Assembly (NCBI GenBank): GCA_965242695.1
Contig: CBDESU010000001.1
Location: forward strand, 1,728,001 to 1,792,000
DNA from: Cenarchaeum sp.
GTDB lineage: Archaea > Thermoproteota > Nitrososphaeria > Nitrososphaerales > Nitrosopumilaceae
Direction: 5' to 3'
Length of the DNA stretch: 64,000 bases
The notes beneath the pieces were generated by a model. That model had not been told where the DNA came from, did no database searches, and saw only the letters and a program-made list of their open reading frames with translations. The position numbers and the translations under genes were made by a program. Numbering within the stretch: the first letter of the stretch is position 1; every line of letters starts with the position of its first letter. Shown here in pieces: positions 9,280-18,256 of the stretch.

Positions 9280-10484
9280 CTAGTCGCGGCTGGAGCTAGA
9301 CATCTCCGATGGTCGTCTTGCCTCCAAGTATGACCGAAGCAGGGGCAGTGCAAACTTGTATAAGCCATGATCATGCTTGTAGACTATGCCTTTTTCTTCT
9401 AAGCGTTTCAGATGTGTTGACACAGTCCCTTTGCTGGTGCCTGTCGCCCCCATGATTGACGAAAACTCATATCGGCTTCAGGTATCAGTGACATGTGATA
9501 TAATGTGTTTTTTTCGCCCGGTATAAGATCTACCATTCTCAGGTCAAAAAAGTCATCGTATAGGCTATGCAATATGTCCGTTCTTACAGATTTGTAGTCC
9601 CGCAGGCCGACGGCATCTTTGGGCGTTCGTTGTAATATTTCGCAGCCAAAAAATTGTATAAAGTAAGGATACCCGCCGGCATCTTTGACCACGGCGTTTA
9701 CAAGTCCGGGCGAAAACCTGCGGTTCACTGCGTTCAAAGGATGTAAGATTGCCTTTTTTGCATCCAAGCGTGAAAGCCCAGTGACTTCTGTTACCTTAAA
9801 CGTGCGTTCAGTGTAAGAGCGTCCCGCCTTGATGTTCTTTACCAAGATCGGCAGGCCCGACAAAACGAGAGAGTATCTCTGCCCCTGCATTTGCACATTG
9901 TTGACCGCGCCAAGAAAGTCGCCAAGCGTATGCCACTTGTCTTTTACATCGTTAACCGTATGGAATTCATCAAGCAGGAAGACGACACCCACGTAGCCAA
10001 GATCATTTACGATCTTCCAGTTTCTTGTAAGATAGTCGACGAGGTGATCTGTCAGCGGCTCTTGCACGTCACGATCATACGACGGCTCGTACACCAACCC
10101 AGATATGCCCACGGTCGACGGCTTGAGGTACTGTCCAGCCGTGCGTAGTTTCCCCTTCGCTGCCTCCACCCTCGACGACGACTCGATCGAGCCGCGGAGT
10201 GCATGCTTCAGTCCCGACGCGAACTGGACCGGATCGGAGTCTCCGGGGCCGTACAAGTGCCTGACCACGGGCAGGAATTTCTCATCGCGGCACATGGACG
10301 CGAACTTTCTTAGCAGTACAGTCTTGCCGACCCCGCGCAGGCCGTGCAGCAGGACGTTCTTCATGTTTCCTACACGGTTGCCCTCTAGCACCTCGTCAAA
10401 CATGTCGATCTCCGCCTCGCGCCCCGCTAAGTATGGCGGATCGAGACCAGCTCCGGGCCGGAAGGGATTGGGGCTATTACGCAT
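9280..10484 (-). pseudogene. AAA+ ATPase (AAA_16/archaeal ATPase type) with C-terminal winged HTH, frameshifted at ~9462-9465
   Basis: NPFRPGAG.PPYLAGRE, Walker A GLRGVGKT, Walker B FLLDE, GGYPYFIQ; after a one-base shift the frame continues SSIMGATGTSKGTVSTHLKRLEEKGIVYKHDHGLYKFALPLLRSYL to TAG at 9280-9282. Confidence 0.8.
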
Positions 10485-10916
10485 GCAATCCCACGCGACA
10501 TGCCCCGCTTATAACTGTGATCATTGCTTTCGCCGCAGGGCGCCTAGTGGCACGGGGCCAGATGTTCGGACAGACCTCGCCTTGCGCAGCCCTGCGGCTA
10601 GGCCCGTAATCACCCCGCACGGATAACGCCCGAGATCGCCTAGAACCACAAGGCACATACAACTTGGCCTTCAAAACCGATCGCGGCGGCACGGTACGCC
10701 ACACGCACGCGCGGCCCCCGTACGCGGCGCGCCCACGCATGCCGCTCGGGGCGATCCCTGCGTGGCATCGCCCCGGCGGCCCAGACCTCGTTTGCATCCC
10801 AATCTTTGGGTAAGGCCAGCCGCGGCGCTTGCAGGCCCAAGGCATGGCCCGTGTCCTCAACGTCGCGAGCGGCCCGCCCCGCTCATAGATAAATACGAGC
10901 CGCCAAGGCCCCGGCC

Positions 10917-12137
10917 GTGAGCAGGCAGGCCCTACTCAGGTCTGATCTTGTCGACGGCCACCTGTCGGCCGCGGCGGCCGGCGGGAGGAGGCGGCCGCCG
11001 GGCGCCGCCGAGGGCGCCCGCATCCTCGATGCAGTAATGTCCGACGGGGACGCGCTGCGCCTGCTCCTGCGCGCCGCGCTCGCCGTGCGCGGGCGCGAGT
11101 GCGCCAGGCCCGGGATCGTCACATTCTCGAAAAAGGCCTTCTTCAACGTCGTCAACCTGTGCAGGGACGTCTGCACGTACTGCACGTACAGGTCAGAGCC
11201 GGCCGAGGCGGCGGCCGTCATGATGTCGCGGCGCGACGTGAAGGCGCTCGGAGAGGCCGCCGCCCGGCTCAACTGCGTCGAGGCGCTCCTTGTAGCCGGC
11301 GAGAGGCCCGAGGAGCGGTACGGTGCGGCCCGCAGGTGGCTTGCGGAAGAGGGATACGCCAGCACGGCCGAGTACCTAGTGCACTGCTCGGAGATGCTGC
11401 TCGGCATGGGCCTGTTCCCGCATACGAACGCCGGCAACCTGACAAGGGCAGAGATGGCAGACCTGTCGGCGACGAACGCGAGCATCGGGCTCATGCTAGA
11501 GACGTCGAGCGCCCGCCTAGGAGGGGCGGGCATGCCGCATGCCGGCGCGCCGAGCAAGGAGCCGGCCGCAAGGCTGGCCGCGCTGGCCGACGCCGGCTCG
11601 CTCGGCATCCCGACGACGACGGGCGTGCTAGTCGGCATCGGCGAGACGCATGCCGAGCTCGCCGAGTCGCTCGCCGCCATCGCCGCCCTGCACGGACGGT
11701 ACGGGCACGTGCAGGAGGTCATTGTCCAGGGCTTCCGGCCAAAGCCGGACACGGCCATGAGGGGCGCGCCGGCGGCCGGCGACGCGTACCTGGCCGCCTC
11801 GGCCGCTCTGGCCCGCCTCATGATGCCTGGCGCCAACATACAGGTGCCGCCAAACCTCTCGCCCGGCTCGTACCAGGACATGCTCGGCGCCGGGATCAAC
11901 GACTGGGGCGGCATATCGCCGCTCACGCCAGACCACGTAAACCCCGAGTTTTCGTGGCCGGCCATACGGCAGGTCGGAGCGCGGACGGCCCGCGCCGGCA
12001 TGCGGCTCGCCTGCAGGTTCCCCGTGTACCCCGAGTTTGTCGGGGCGGTGCGGCGCGGCATCAGGGACAGGATGGCAGGGATCGCCGAGGGCGGCGGAGC
12101 GTGGCTCGTCAGGGAGGAGTACTGGCGTGGCCCGTGA
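10917..12137 (+). CDS. cofG: FO synthase subunit 1 (radical SAM)
   Basis: TFSKKAFFNVVNLCRDVCTYCTY, QEVIVQ, IQVPPNL, GINDWGGISPLTPDHVNPE. Confidence 0.95.
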   Translation: MSRQALLRSDLVDGHLSAAAAGGRRRPPGAAEGARILDAVMSDGDALRLLLRAALAVRGRECARPGIVTFSKKAFFNVVNLCRDVCTYCTYRSEPAEAAAVMMSRRDVKALGEAAARLNCVEALLVAGERPEERYGAARRWLAEEGYASTAEYLVHCSEMLLGMGLFPHTNAGNLTRAEMADLSATNASIGLMLETSSARLGGAGMPHAGAPSKEPAARLAALADAGSLGIPTTTGVLVGIGETHAELAESLAAIAALHGRYGHVQEVIVQGFRPKPDTAMRGAPAAGDAYLAASAALARLMMPGANIQVPPNLSPGSYQDMLGAGINDWGGISPLTPDHVNPEFSWPAIRQVGARTARAGMRLACRFPVYPEFVGAVRRGIRDRMAGIAEGGGAWLVREEYWRGP

Positions 12138-13473
12138 GTTTCCCGAGCCGGCCCTGAGGGGGGCCGACCCCATAGTGGCAGGCCACCTCGACAGGGCCCT
12201 GTCCGGCCGCGAGGTCTCGGCCGAGGGGGGCGAGGCCCTGCTGGCCGCCCGCGGCGGCGATGCGCACCTAGTCGGGGCCGCCGCGGACGCGCTGCGCGAG
12301 CGCGAGTGCGGCGATGCGGCCACGTACGTCGTCAACCGCAACATCAACTTTACGAACGTGTGCATAAAGCAGTGCGGGTTCTGCGCGTTCAGCCGCGACT
12401 TTCGCGGCAGCCAAGAGGCGTACATGCTGCCCGTCGGAGAGGTCGTCAGGAGGGCCGCCGAGGCGCGCGAGATGGGCGCGACCGAGGTGTGCATACAGGC
12501 GGGCCTGCCGCCGGACATGGACGGGTCGGCCTACGAGGAGATGGTGCGCGCCGTAAAGGGCGCCGTGCCCGGCATCCACGTGCACGCATTCTCGCCCGAA
12601 GAGGTCGCGTACGGGGCGGCCCGGGCCGGCGCGACCGTGCAAGAGTACCTTGCACGGCTCAGGGAGGCCGGCGTGGACACCCTGCCCGGAACGTCTGCCG
12701 AGATACTCGACCAGGCCGTGCGCGACCGCATATCACCGGGGCGCATCACCGTGCGCGACTGGGTCACCGTCGTGACCGAGGCGCACCGCCTCGGCATCCG
12801 AACCACGTCCACGATGATGTTCGGCCATGTGGAGTCGCTCGGGGACAGGGCAAGGCATATGGCCCTGCTGCGCTCCATCCAGCGGCGAACGGGCGGGTTT
12901 ACAGAGTTTGTCCCGCTCAGGTTCATAGCCGACGAGGCCCCGATGACGAGGGGAGGGGACGGCCCCCTGTCGGGCGCCGTGGAAGAGGCATCCGAGGGCG
13001 GTGCGCTCGACACGCTGCTCACGCATGCGGTAGCCAGGATAATGCTGGGCGGGGCGCTGCGCAACGTGCAGGCGTCGTGGGTCAAGGAGGGGCCTGCCAT
13101 GGCGCAGCTGCTCCTCGCGTGGGGCGCCAACGACCTGGGCGGGACGCTCATCAATGAGAGCATCTCGACGTCGGCCGGCGCGGGCCACGGCCAGCTCCTC
13201 AGGCCGCGCGAGATCAGGGCCCTTGCAGGCGGCGCCGGCAGGACGCCGCTAGAGCGCACGACCCTGTACGGGGAGGCTGCGGCCCGGCGGGACGAGGCTG
13301 GGCCGCCCGCGGGCGGGGCCGCCCTTGGGACAGGGTCGGAGGCCGCCCCGCCCCTCGATGCGGTCGACGACCCGGCCAGGTTTGGGTCGTACTTTGAGCT
13401 GATCAAGATAGGCTCGTTCCGGTACAGGAACACGCGCAGGCAGAGGGCGCCGCCGGCGGCTCCTCGTCCATAG
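12127..13473 (+). CDS. cofH: FO synthase subunit 2 (radical SAM)
   Basis: YVVNRNINFTNVCIKQCGFCAF, PGTSAEIL, TTSTMMFGH, NVQASWVK, GANDLGGTLINESI. Confidence 0.95.
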   Translation: MAREFPEPALRGADPIVAGHLDRALSGREVSAEGGEALLAARGGDAHLVGAAADALRERECGDAATYVVNRNINFTNVCIKQCGFCAFSRDFRGSQEAYMLPVGEVVRRAAEAREMGATEVCIQAGLPPDMDGSAYEEMVRAVKGAVPGIHVHAFSPEEVAYGAARAGATVQEYLARLREAGVDTLPGTSAEILDQAVRDRISPGRITVRDWVTVVTEAHRLGIRTTSTMMFGHVESLGDRARHMALLRSIQRRTGGFTEFVPLRFIADEAPMTRGGDGPLSGAVEEASEGGALDTLLTHAVARIMLGGALRNVQASWVKEGPAMAQLLLAWGANDLGGTLINESISTSAGAGHGQLLRPREIRALAGGAGRTPLERTTLYGEAAARRDEAGPPAGGAALGTGSEAAPPLDAVDDPARFGSYFELIKIGSFRYRNTRRQRAPPAAPRP

Positions 13474-13664
13474 CCCAGCAGGCTCTTGCACCCCCACCAT
13501 CCCGCCCCATGCCCTGCGCGCCCAGGCTAGCGCCTGCACAAGCCGGCCCGGCAGGGCAGAGCCCAAAGGGGCAATGGCATGCCTGCCTGACGACGCGGCA
13601 GGACGGCCCTACCACACGCAGTCAGACACTGCACGTTTATATCCCCCACAGAATCAGGCCTTGC

Positions 13665-13829
13665 ATGGTAGTACCCAGATATCCCAAGCCCCTCAGCACA
13701 GAGGCGTGGGAGGCGCTGATTGCAGGGCTGGAAAAGGGCCAGACCGAGGAGCAGAGGAAAATGGTGGAGGAGGCAAAGAGAACCATTCACAACCTGCCGT
13801 GGTCTACGAGCAAAGATCGGCAGGTGTAA
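13665..13829 (+). CDS. 54-aa putative antitoxin, copy 1
   Basis: MVVPRYPKPLSTEAWEALIAGLEKGQTEEQRKMVEEAKR...; tttatat box ~25 nt upstream; paralog at 16637; lies upstream of a GNAT gene. Confidence 0.7.
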   Translation: MVVPRYPKPLSTEAWEALIAGLEKGQTEEQRKMVEEAKRTIHNLPWSTSKDRQV

Positions 13830-14077
13830 CGATGCTCAACATGCCATACATGGTGGTCGTCTTGGCGAGGACGGCACAGGAACACTCCACCTTGATGCTA
13901 GGGCATAAGAACGTGCCCGTCAGGAGCACAGGGTCGGATGCCGGCGTAGCCGACGAGTTCGGGGCGTAGCACCATGGGCGCCGGCGACATAGATGTGACA
14001 GAGCTGTCTTTGTCGCTACTCGACGAGCTTGACGACAGGGGAGGCTTTGTTTGCAGAAACCCAGAGTTTGCAGACTA

Positions 14078-15640
14078 TAGGGGTTCTATTTGAGTTCACG
14101 AAAACGTATTGAAGATTGCATGCAATTACGGGCGAAAAAAGTCACAGAAAACAGTTACACAAAATAGTTACACAAAACAATTGTATCGTGAATTGTTATT
14201 CCGCAGCGCGGCACAAGTGCAACATTTATCGCAGGCGGGGCATGCCACTTTATTCCTCAAGCAATATCTGGGGAAGCCTCGCAAGAAAGTTGGCGGGAAT
14301 GTTCGAGTTGGCCAGCACAGGGGGCAACTTTGCGCGCTTTTCCGGAGGGAGTATCTTGTCCTCCTTCGCTTGAATCTCTTCGATGGTCGGCAGGGGGATC
14401 TCCTCTTCCGGCATTCTCCTCTGCACGTACGCAAAGTGCTCTCCCGGCCTGAGCCTTTTCTTGATCCCCGCCGCCTTGCGGGGGCTGATCTGCGGCGCGT
14501 CGACCGCAGTCGCATAGTCGTAGAACTCGACCGGGACGATTAGGTCGCTCTCAAAGCACCACCCGAGCTCGCCGCTTATGGCCCCGACGCTGTCGAGCCC
14601 TACGTTGGACATGGCGGTCTTTATGCCGCGGATCTGCGGCTCGGCGACGTTGTCGTTGGGCGTGTACGGAAGCGTGGGTATGCGCCTCAGGCGGTCCGCG
14701 TTGTCCCGGATGTGGTCGCTGGACCTGTCCGAGGTGTGGTACCCGGCGTTGTCGTCTATGGTCTGAATCTTGCCGACTAGGGCGCTGACCCTGTCAAGGA
14801 ACCTCATGTACGCCTCGCTGTTGGCCCGGCCGGGGCACTCCATGACGAAGACCCACCCGTAGCCGACGGCTACGAAGAAGCTCAGGCGTGCGCGCCCGAC
14901 GCTCGACGTGCGCACGATCTCGACCCCTCTCAGCCCCGCCGTCTCGCGCCCGTTCTTGTAGCCCTGCGCATGGCCCTCGTCGATGAAGACCGTATGGTAG
15001 CCGGCCGCGGCGGCCTCCTTGATCTTAGCGCGCGCCTCCGCCTGGAAGGCGAGCCGCTCCTCGAGGCTCGCCGCCTTTGGGTGTGCGGGGCGGGGCACCT
15101 TGAGCCGTATGCCCATCTCCTTGAAGTTCTTTGCGGCCGTCGAGTATGCTATCTTCACCTTGTACTTTTTCTCAAGATGGTCGTGCAGGAGTTTGAACGT
15201 CCACACGTTGGCCTTGTAGCCGGCCGCCTGTGGCCCCATGAAGACATCCATGATCAACTCCCAGCGGATCTCGAGTGGAATTGATCGGCGCCTGCCGGGG
15301 CTCTTGCCCCGCGGGGCCGCCTTCAGGCCCCCCTTGTGCATCTTCACCAGCCAGTCCCTGACCGCGTCGTACGATGCAAGGACCATCCCGGCTATCTCGT
15401 TGAACGACCTGCCCTTCTTGCGGTGGTACGCGGCCATGTACCTCTTGGCCGTCAGCGCGTCCATCTCCTTGTTGGCAAGGCGCTTGAGCTTGTGGGCGCT
15501 CGTGCCAGGCATGAAGCCCTTGCCCTCTGGAATCGATCCCTTTCGCCCCATGCCCTACCCTGTCGTCCCTGCTATACCACCACAGTGGTGAAGGGATCTT
15601 GACACCTGGTCAATTCTTGTCAACTTTAGTAGAGCCCCTA
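14078..15640 (-). mobile_element. IS630/Tc1-family insertion sequence, 1563 bp, TA target duplication
   Basis: Terminal inverted repeats taggggttctatttgagtt / taggggctctactaaagtt (15/19); TA at 14076-77 and 15641-42; empty site gacTAcctcgagg seen in the paralog at ~17039-17051. Confidence 0.95.
14250..15551 (-). CDS. IS630-family transposase
   Basis: N-terminal HTH, WT...L, VPRPAHPKA, FIDEG, DDNAGYH, LPYTPNDNVAE (DDE triad). Confidence 0.93.
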   Translation of the reverse strand: MGRKGSIPEGKGFMPGTSAHKLKRLANKEMDALTAKRYMAAYHRKKGRSFNEIAGMVLASYDAVRDWLVKMHKGGLKAAPRGKSPGRRRSIPLEIRWELIMDVFMGPQAAGYKANVWTFKLLHDHLEKKYKVKIAYSTAAKNFKEMGIRLKVPRPAHPKAASLEERLAFQAEARAKIKEAAAAGYHTVFIDEGHAQGYKNGRETAGLRGVEIVRTSSVGRARLSFFVAVGYGWVFVMECPGRANSEAYMRFLDRVSALVGKIQTIDDNAGYHTSDRSSDHIRDNADRLRRIPTLPYTPNDNVAEPQIRGIKTAMSNVGLDSVGAISGELGWCFESDLIVPVEFYDYATAVDAPQISPRKAAGIKKRLRPGEHFAYVQRRMPEEEIPLPTIEEIQAKEDKILPPEKRAKLPPVLANSNIPANFLARLPQILLEE

Positions 15641-16054
15641 TACCTCGAGGTGAATGCCGCATACGATATGAAGGTGCAAATGGGACTAACCTACCTAGCA
15701 CGGTACAACAAGCAGGTTGTGGGGTTCATGACGCTAGCAATGGCGCACCTAGACAAGGCTGAGCAACAGACGCTTGGCATAGACGCATACGGAAACATAC
15801 TCGTACTGGCCGTAACGGCCTTGGCCACAGACAAGCGCTACGAGCGGCGCGGAGTTGGCCGATATATGGTGAACAGCGACATACTGCTTGCGTTAGACAT
15901 GTCAAGACGGGTTGCGTGCAGAGCCATATACCTAAACGCCGACCCCGACGCCATGGGATTTTACAAAAAACTTAACTTCGAACCGCTGCCTCACTCACCA
16001 GACACAGATGGGGCGCCCATGTACTTTGACCTTGTCCCGTCTGCGTGACGACCC

Positions 16055-16395
16055 TGGCCAGACACACGGCAGGCCGCCGCGCGGACGGCCCGCGCAGGCA
16101 TGCGGCTCGCCTGCAGGTTTCCCGCGTACTTCGAGTTTGCCGGGACAGTGCGGCGCGACATCAGGGACAGGATGGGGACGATTAGCGAGGACGGTGGATC
16201 GTGGTTCGTGGAGGAAGTACTGGCATGGGACGTGAGTTTCTCAAGGCGGCTCTGTGAAGGGCAGAACCCGTAGTGGCCTGCCACCCCGACAGGCCCCGTC
16301 CCGCCGCGAGGCCTCCGCCGCCGAACATGGGTGGCTCGTTCCGGTACCGGAACGCACGCAGGCAGGGGGCGCCGCCGAATGCGGCTCGGTCGTAA
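16055..16395 (+). pseudogene. Decayed duplicate of the cofG 3' end/cofH 5' start fused to the cofH 3' end
   Basis: 16055-16324 resembles 11955-12224; 16333-16395 resembles 13411-13473. Confidence 0.85.
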
Positions 16396-16636
16396 CACGG
16401 CAGGCGCTTGCGCCGGGCGGTGGCCCCAGCCCTGGCCGTGCTGGAATGAGACTAGGCCGAACCCGGCATGCGCTTGCACCTCCCGCCCTACTTCCCGCGC
16501 ATCCCGACTGCCTGCCTGCGCAGCCCGGCGCGGTGAAGCGGGATCATAGATCTGGAGTAGTCGCCACCCACAGGCTGGCACACCCGTGCGGTATGCGATC
16601 GGACAGATTATATACGGTTCCGAAATCCTGCCTTGC

Positions 16637-16801
16637 ATGGTGGTACCCATATACCCAAAGCCGCTCAGCGCCAAGGCATGGAAAGTGCTGATCGCCGAGC
16701 TGGAAAAGGGCCAGTCAGAGGACCAGAAGAAGGCGATGGAGGAGGCAAGAAGGACCATTCGCAACTCGCCGTGGTCCGCTGGCAAGGATCGGCAGGTGTG
16801 A
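16637..16801 (+). CDS. 54-aa putative antitoxin, copy 2
   Basis: MVVPIYPKPLSAKAWKVLIAELEKGQSEDQKKAMEEARRTIRNSPWSAGKDRQV; ttatata box upstream. Confidence 0.7.
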   Translation: MVVPIYPKPLSAKAWKVLIAELEKGQSEDQKKAMEEARRTIRNSPWSAGKDRQV

Positions 16802-16943
16802 CGACTGGCCCACATGCCACACATGTCGGTCTTTTCGGCGTGAACGGTACGAGGGAACTCCGGCCCAGGGTTCGTGCACAGGATCGTGCCGGCCAGATGT
16901 GCATTGTGGGATGATGCAGTCGACATGTGCGAGGTGTAATGGC

Positions 16944-17449
16944 ATGGGTGCCAACGACATAGATGTGGCAGAGTTGTCCTTATCGCTACTCGACGAGCTT
17001 GACGACAGGGGAGGCTTTGCAGAAATCCAGAGTTTACAGACTACCTCGAGGTAGGCGCCGCATACGATATGAAAGTACGAATGGTGCTCACCTACTTAGC
17101 GCGGCACAACAAGCAAGTTGTGGGGTTCATGACGCTGGCAATGGCCCACCTGAACAGGTCTGAACAACCGACGTTTGGCATAGACACGTATGGGAACATA
17201 CCCGTGCTGGCCATAACAGCCCTAGCCACCGACAGCCGTTACGAGCGGCGTGGTGTTGGTCGGCATATGGTGAACAATGCCATGCTGATGGCGGCAGACA
17301 TTTCAAAACAGGTGGCGTGCAGGGCAGTCTACTTGAATTCACACCCCGACGCGGTAGGATTCTACAGAAAGCTAAAGTTCAAGACGCTGCCCTACTCGCC
17401 AAGCGTTAGCGAGCCACCTATGTACTTTGACCTTGTCGAAACCACGTGA
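16944..17449 (+). pseudogene. GNAT acetyltransferase, copy 2, frameshifted by a 4-bp deletion near 17016
   Basis: ggctttgcagaa versus ggctttgtttgcagaa in copy 1; the downstream frame (17069-17449) carries the GNAT core. Confidence 0.8.
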
Positions 17450-17757
17450 CAACTACATAACCGCAAAATGGTCACCAAGATGTGCGAGTGGCAAGTGCGC
17501 CGCACGCCTAACGCGTTGCAGCACATGCGCAATGATGGTGCGGGCGAGAATTCGCCAAGGGCTTACGACCGCCGCATATTCCAAGAAGATTCATACCACC
17601 ACCGCCCCCATCCCCTCCCAATCGGTGGCCCGCCCCACCCCCTCCCGCTTTCTGCCAAACAGGAAAGCGCATGAGGGTCCCAATCCACGAGCAGGTCGGA
17701 AGCATGCTGCATGCCCATGCCGTGTCACGGACAGGTGTCGCGCAGCGAGCAGGCGGA

Positions 17758-17927
17758 GTCGCAAGATCCTACAGCATCGCGCCACTCTAGCCGCCCCATG
17801 ACGATAAGCCCTTGTCCGAAGTGAACAGACGTCCGCACCTGCAGCGTCGCGCCATCTTGGCAACACCGTCACTCATTACGAACGGGGGCGTTATCGGACG
17901 TCCGCACCTGCAGCGTCGCGCCATCTT
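17758..17927. repeat. Mini repeat-spacer array: 31-bp repeat x2 exact plus one degenerate copy, 38-39-bp spacers
   Basis: gacgtccgcacctgcagcgtcgcgccatctt at 17828 and 17897; degenerate copy at 17758. Confidence 0.75.
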
Positions 17928-18098
17928 AGTAGCCCGGGTATGTCCCCTGTTCCGTTGATGGCATGTCCTAGAGCACCACACAGGGTGCACACGGCGCGAA
18001 TGCAGGGACAGGTGGGGAGGGGTGGCAGGCCCCGTCTCACCCCGGAGCGGCCGGCGGGCGCGGTTGGCTTTTATTATCGCGCTACGGGCTCGGCCCGT

Positions 18099-18221
18099 CC
18101 CAAGCTAGCTCAGCCTGGTAGAGCTCCCGGCTGTAGGTGCCGGCCAAGACGGCTGACGCTGACGGCGTGCCAGGCTACAGACACCGGGTTGTCGAAGGTT
18201 CAATTCCTTCGCTTGGGACCA
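18099..18221 (+). tRNA. tRNA-Tyr(GTA) with a 46-nt intron (18137-18182) at position 37/38; CCA encoded
   Basis: Acceptor stem cccaagc/gcttggg, D-arm gctcagcctggtagagc, anticodon stem cccgg/ccggg, T-loop ggttcaattcc, BHB-like ctgt/acag helix. Confidence 0.93.
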
Positions 18222-18256
18222 CATCAAAGCGGGCGGCGCGGCCGCGGCCGCGCGCC

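Larger units (their letters stand above)
13974..16048 (+). pseudogene. GNAT acetyltransferase (TacT/AtaT-like toxin), copy 1, interrupted by IS630
   Basis: Removing the IS restores MGAGDIDVTELSLSLLDELDDRGGFVCRNPEFADYLEVNAAYD...VVGFMTL...LATDKRYERRGVGR...AMGFYKKLNF. Confidence 0.85.

Noticed and set aside
10490-10880. Possible gene remnant between the ATPase and cofG
   Set aside because: No recognisable motif in any frame
13500-18221. Island integrated at tRNA-Tyr
   Set aside because: Accessory DNA lies on the 5' side of the tRNA; no duplicated tRNA end or integrase was found
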